Below are positions 61,078 to 64,000 of a stretch of 64,000 bases of DNA, one piece after another. The stretch comes from an uncultured delta proteobacterium (GTDB taxonomy: Bacteria; Myxococcota_A; Polyangia; Haliangiales; Haliangiaceae), in the NCBI GenBank assembly GCA_963848295.1, contig CAWKDB010000010.1, positions 1,952,001 through 2,016,000 on the forward strand. The letters run 5' to 3'. The first letter of the stretch is position 1, and every line of letters begins with the position of its first letter. The notes below the pieces were generated by a model. It was not told the origin of the DNA, made no database searches, and saw only the letters and a list, made by a program, of their open reading frames with translations. The translations under genes were made by a program, and so were the position numbers.

Positions 61078-62657
61078 GCGATGTTGATCGATCCGCACCG
61101 CCATCGGCCGTCGATCGGCTGGTCGTAGCGCTGCAACGCGACGAAGTCACTCTCGACGACGTCACGCGCGCGCGCTCGCTCGCTCAGATGGCGCCGGCGA
61201 TCGATGCGATCGCGGCTGACTACGCGTCGGCTCGTGCGCCACGCTCGCAACGAGGGCCCTGGCTGTGGCTCGGCGCCGCGGCCGCCGCGGCCGTGGTCGC
61301 GCTCGTCGGTTGGCGGATCACCGGCGATGGGACCAACCGCGAGCATCGCGCCACGACGTCGAGTCCGACCATCGCGCGCGCGCCGATCGAGCGCGATCGC
61401 CACGTGCTCGCCCCGTACGTCGTCAGCGGCGTCGCGCCGGATGTCGCCAAGACGCTGCTCGATGGCGCCTTCGCGTCGCTCGACGTCTCGACCGGGCTCG
61501 TCCGCGCGAACGTCGCGGGCGACCGGATCGGCATCGTCGGTCCGGCGCGAGTCGTCGTGGCCGCGGTGCACGATACCGACGTCGCGCTCGATCTCCAGTC
61601 GGGGACGCTGCTCGTCGCTGCGCCGGGCTCGACCGCGCTGCACATTCACGCCGGCGGCCACGACCTCGTCGCGCGCGTCGCCGATGTCGTCGTCAGAGTC
61701 GCAGGCTCGGCGCAGACCACGGTGGTGTTCGTCGATCGCGGTGAGGTCACGCTCGACGGGGCGCAGCTCGCCACCGGCCAGTGGTTCGGAGCGGTCGCCG
61801 ACCGATCGCCGGCGCTGGTCGCGATGATCCGCGATCACGGCCATGCGATCGCGCCTCCGATCGGCAGTGCCGGAATCGTGGCCGTCGACGGTGACGGCGA
61901 AGCCGTGGCGACCGAAGCCGGCGCCGTGATCGGCACCGCGCCGGTGTGGGCGCGCGTTTCCGCCGGTCCGCTTGCCCTGGTCGCCACGGGCGGCGCCGGC
62001 GAGCGCCGCGCCACCGTCGACATCCGCGAGGGCGTCACGGCGCACGTCGCTGCGGTCGCGCCTGCGGTCGAGCCGACGCCGACCGAGCCTGCGCGCGGTC
62101 CCGCGCCGATCGCCGCGGTCGCGCCGCCGCCGGCCGCGACGCCGACGCCGACCGAGACCGACGCCGCGGCGCCCGATTCCGCATCGGCCTTGTATGCGAC
62201 CGCGGAGCGCGACCTCGGGGCCGGCCAACGCGCGACGGCGGAGCAAACGCTGGTCGAGCTGCTCGACCGGTTCCCGGCGTCACCGCAAGCGGCCTCCGCT
62301 CTGTACGACCTCGCGGGCATCGCGCGCGCCCGCGGCGAGTACGCCAAGGCGGTCACGTGGCTCGATCGCCTGCTCGCCTCGGCGCCGCCGGCGGCGGTGC
62401 GCGAGCCTGCGGCCTATCTACGCTGCCGCATCCGCGTCGACGCCGGCGACGATGCCGCGCCGTGCTTCCGCGGGTTCCGGGTCAGCTTTCCCGACTCGCC
62501 GCACGATGCCGAGGTGCTCGCGTGGCTCGCCGGCGATGCCGGGCGCGGCGGGTGCGCGGGTGCGGCGACCCTCGCGGCCGAGTACGTCCGGCGCTATCCC
62601 GACGGCGCGTTTGCCCCGCGCGCGCGCACGCTCGCCGCTTGCGAGCCGAAGCGATGA
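61074..62657 (+). CDS. Putative anti-sigma factor (TM, FecR-like, TPR)
   Basis: Single TM, beta-rich middle, TPR RFPASP and YVRRYPDG; coupled to the ECF gene. Confidence 0.75.
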   Translation: MSDVDRSAPPSAVDRLVVALQRDEVTLDDVTRARSLAQMAPAIDAIAADYASARAPRSQRGPWLWLGAAAAAAVVALVGWRITGDGTNREHRATTSSPTIARAPIERDRHVLAPYVVSGVAPDVAKTLLDGAFASLDVSTGLVRANVAGDRIGIVGPARVVVAAVHDTDVALDLQSGTLLVAAPGSTALHIHAGGHDLVARVADVVVRVAGSAQTTVVFVDRGEVTLDGAQLATGQWFGAVADRSPALVAMIRDHGHAIAPPIGSAGIVAVDGDGEAVATEAGAVIGTAPVWARVSAGPLALVATGGAGERRATVDIREGVTAHVAAVAPAVEPTPTEPARGPAPIAAVAPPPAATPTPTETDAAAPDSASALYATAERDLGAGQRATAEQTLVELLDRFPASPQAASALYDLAGIARARGEYAKAVTWLDRLLASAPPAAVREPAAYLRCRIRVDAGDDAAPCFRGFRVSFPDSPHDAEVLAWLAGDAGRGGCAGAATLAAEYVRRYPDGAFAPRARTLAACEPKR

Positions 62658-62950
62658 TCCGGATCGCGCTCGCCACGCTGGTCGTGCTCGCCGCCTGCGC
62701 GACGAAGACCGTCGAGCTCGGCAACCCGATCGACGCCGCAATCGATGCACCGCTCGACGCTTCGCTCTGCCGGTGCCGGATCACACCGTGCCGCATCATG
62801 GCCGATTGCGCGGCGATCGGCGGCGCGTGCGGCGGGGATGGTTATTGCGTCGGAGACCTCGGCGTGTGCTCGACGATGGCGCAATGCACCGCGCTCGACC
62901 CGGGCTCGGTGTGCACCGCGAGCTCGACATCGACGCTCGCCTGCCCGTGA
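62654..62950 (+). CDS. Small Cys-rich lipoprotein
   Basis: Lipobox VLAAC; many Cys. Confidence 0.7.
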   Translation: MIRIALATLVVLAACATKTVELGNPIDAAIDAPLDASLCRCRITPCRIMADCAAIGGACGGDGYCVGDLGVCSTMAQCTALDPGSVCTASSTSTLACP

Positions 62951-64000
62951 TCACACCGCGGTGACGTCGACCGGCTGGCCGCTCAGCGCGCTCGTCCCGG
63001 ACAGCGCGTCGACCCGCGCGGGATCGATGATGTCGTTGATGCTCGCGCCCGGTGCTCTCGCCGCGACACGCAGCTTGACGCCGCGCCGTCCGTGGCCCCA
63101 GCCGTGCGGCACGCTGACCACGCCCGGCATCATCGCGTCGGAGATCTCGATCGGGAGCTCGATCGATCCGCGCGCGGTCGCGACGCGAGCGAGGCCGCCG
63201 TCCTCGAGGCCGCGCACGAACGCGTCGTCGGGATGGATCAACAACGTGCAGCGCGGCGGACCTTTGACGAGCCGCGCGCTGTTGTGCATCCAAGAATTAT
63301 TCGACCGCAGCTGGCGGCGACCGATCATCACGAGCCCGCTCGGCGACGAGGCCCAGGCCGTGTCGAGCCGCGCGAGATCGTCGAGATACGGCTTCGGCGC
63401 GAGCGCGACCCGGTGGTCGCGAGTGCCGAGCCGCCCGGGCAATCGCGGCTGTAGCGCGCCGAGATCGATGCCGTGCGGCGACGCGCGTAGCTTCGCGAGC
63501 GACAGGCCACCGCGGCCGAAGCCGTACGGACCGGCGCGCAACGCGACGTCGATGATCGCCTCGGGTCCGAGCCGGCCCAGCAAGCGCTGCGCGAGCCCGC
63601 GCGCGATCGACGGCAGCTTCATCCGCGCGAACAAGCCGGCGTAGATCTCCCAGTCGTGGCGCGCATCGGCGGCGCGCTCGAACAGCGGTGGCGAGTACTT
63701 CGCGACGTTGCGCACCGCAAACGCGTTGAGCGCGGCGTCGTAGTGCGAGCGCTCGAGCGCGGACGTCGGCGGCAGGATCACGTGCGCGAAGCGCGTCGTC
63801 TCGTTGATGTACGGATCGATCGACACCATGAAGTCGAGCTCGCCCAACGCTTGCTCGAGCTGCACGCCGCCCGGCGATGACAACACCGGATTGCCCGCAC
63901 TCGTCACGAGCGCGCGGATCTGACCGTCGCCCGGAGTCTGGATCTCCTCGGCGAGCACCGACATCGGCAGCTCGCCGCCGAACTCCGGCTTGCCCGACAC
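62951..64000 (-). CDS. Molybdopterin-dependent oxidoreductase (3' part)
   Basis: AGNPVLS, YINETTRFAHVILP, SNNSWMHN, IHPDDA and PHGWG. Confidence 0.9.
   Translation of the reverse strand: MSGKPEFGGELPMSVLAEEIQTPGDGQIRALVTSAGNPVLSSPGGVQLEQALGELDFMVSIDPYINETTRFAHVILPPTSALERSHYDAALNAFAVRNVAKYSPPLFERAADARHDWEIYAGLFARMKLPSIARGLAQRLLGRLGPEAIIDVALRAGPYGFGRGGLSLAKLRASPHGIDLGALQPRLPGRLGTRDHRVALAPKPYLDDLARLDTAWASSPSGLVMIGRRQLRSNNSWMHNSARLVKGPPRCTLLIHPDDAFVRGLEDGGLARVATARGSIELPIEISDAMMPGVVSVPHGWGHGRRGVKLRVAARAPGASINDIIDPARVDALSGTSALSGQPVDVTAV

Overview
High-GC bacterial DNA, probably Myxococcota, inferred from the many Cys-rich lipoproteins and the ECF/anti-sigma/TPR cluster. 1-28.3 kb holds ordinary metabolism, stress and transport genes: DUF389, two cation/H+ antiporters, ROK kinase, two USPs, frameshifted zwf, GH39, a DUF3131 glucanase, TauE, Prc protease, a MoxR-DUF58-Bat operon, a two-component system, a broken lactonase and a CLC. 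28.3-39.4 kb (minus strand) is the notable region, a polymorphic toxin-immunity array. A full-length 1119-aa toxin with annexin-like helical repeats carries a zincin-like tip. It is followed by orphan cassettes with metallopeptidase plus Ntox28-like (tRNase-type) tips and HEAT-repeat immunity genes. The array also contains a repeated domain I cannot name, a 1759-bp trunk duplication and recombination scars. 39.6-64 kb holds a GHKL ATPase, GST, hydrolases, tandem BPI/TULIP-like lipoproteins, a DAC-like protein with altered catalytic motifs, Cys-rich lipoproteins, an ECF sigma cluster and a partial molybdopterin oxidoreductase. No rRNA, tRNA, CRISPR array or transposase was recognised. Several isolated frameshifts suggest possible sequencing indels. 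All family calls come from motif recognition by eye, not database searches.
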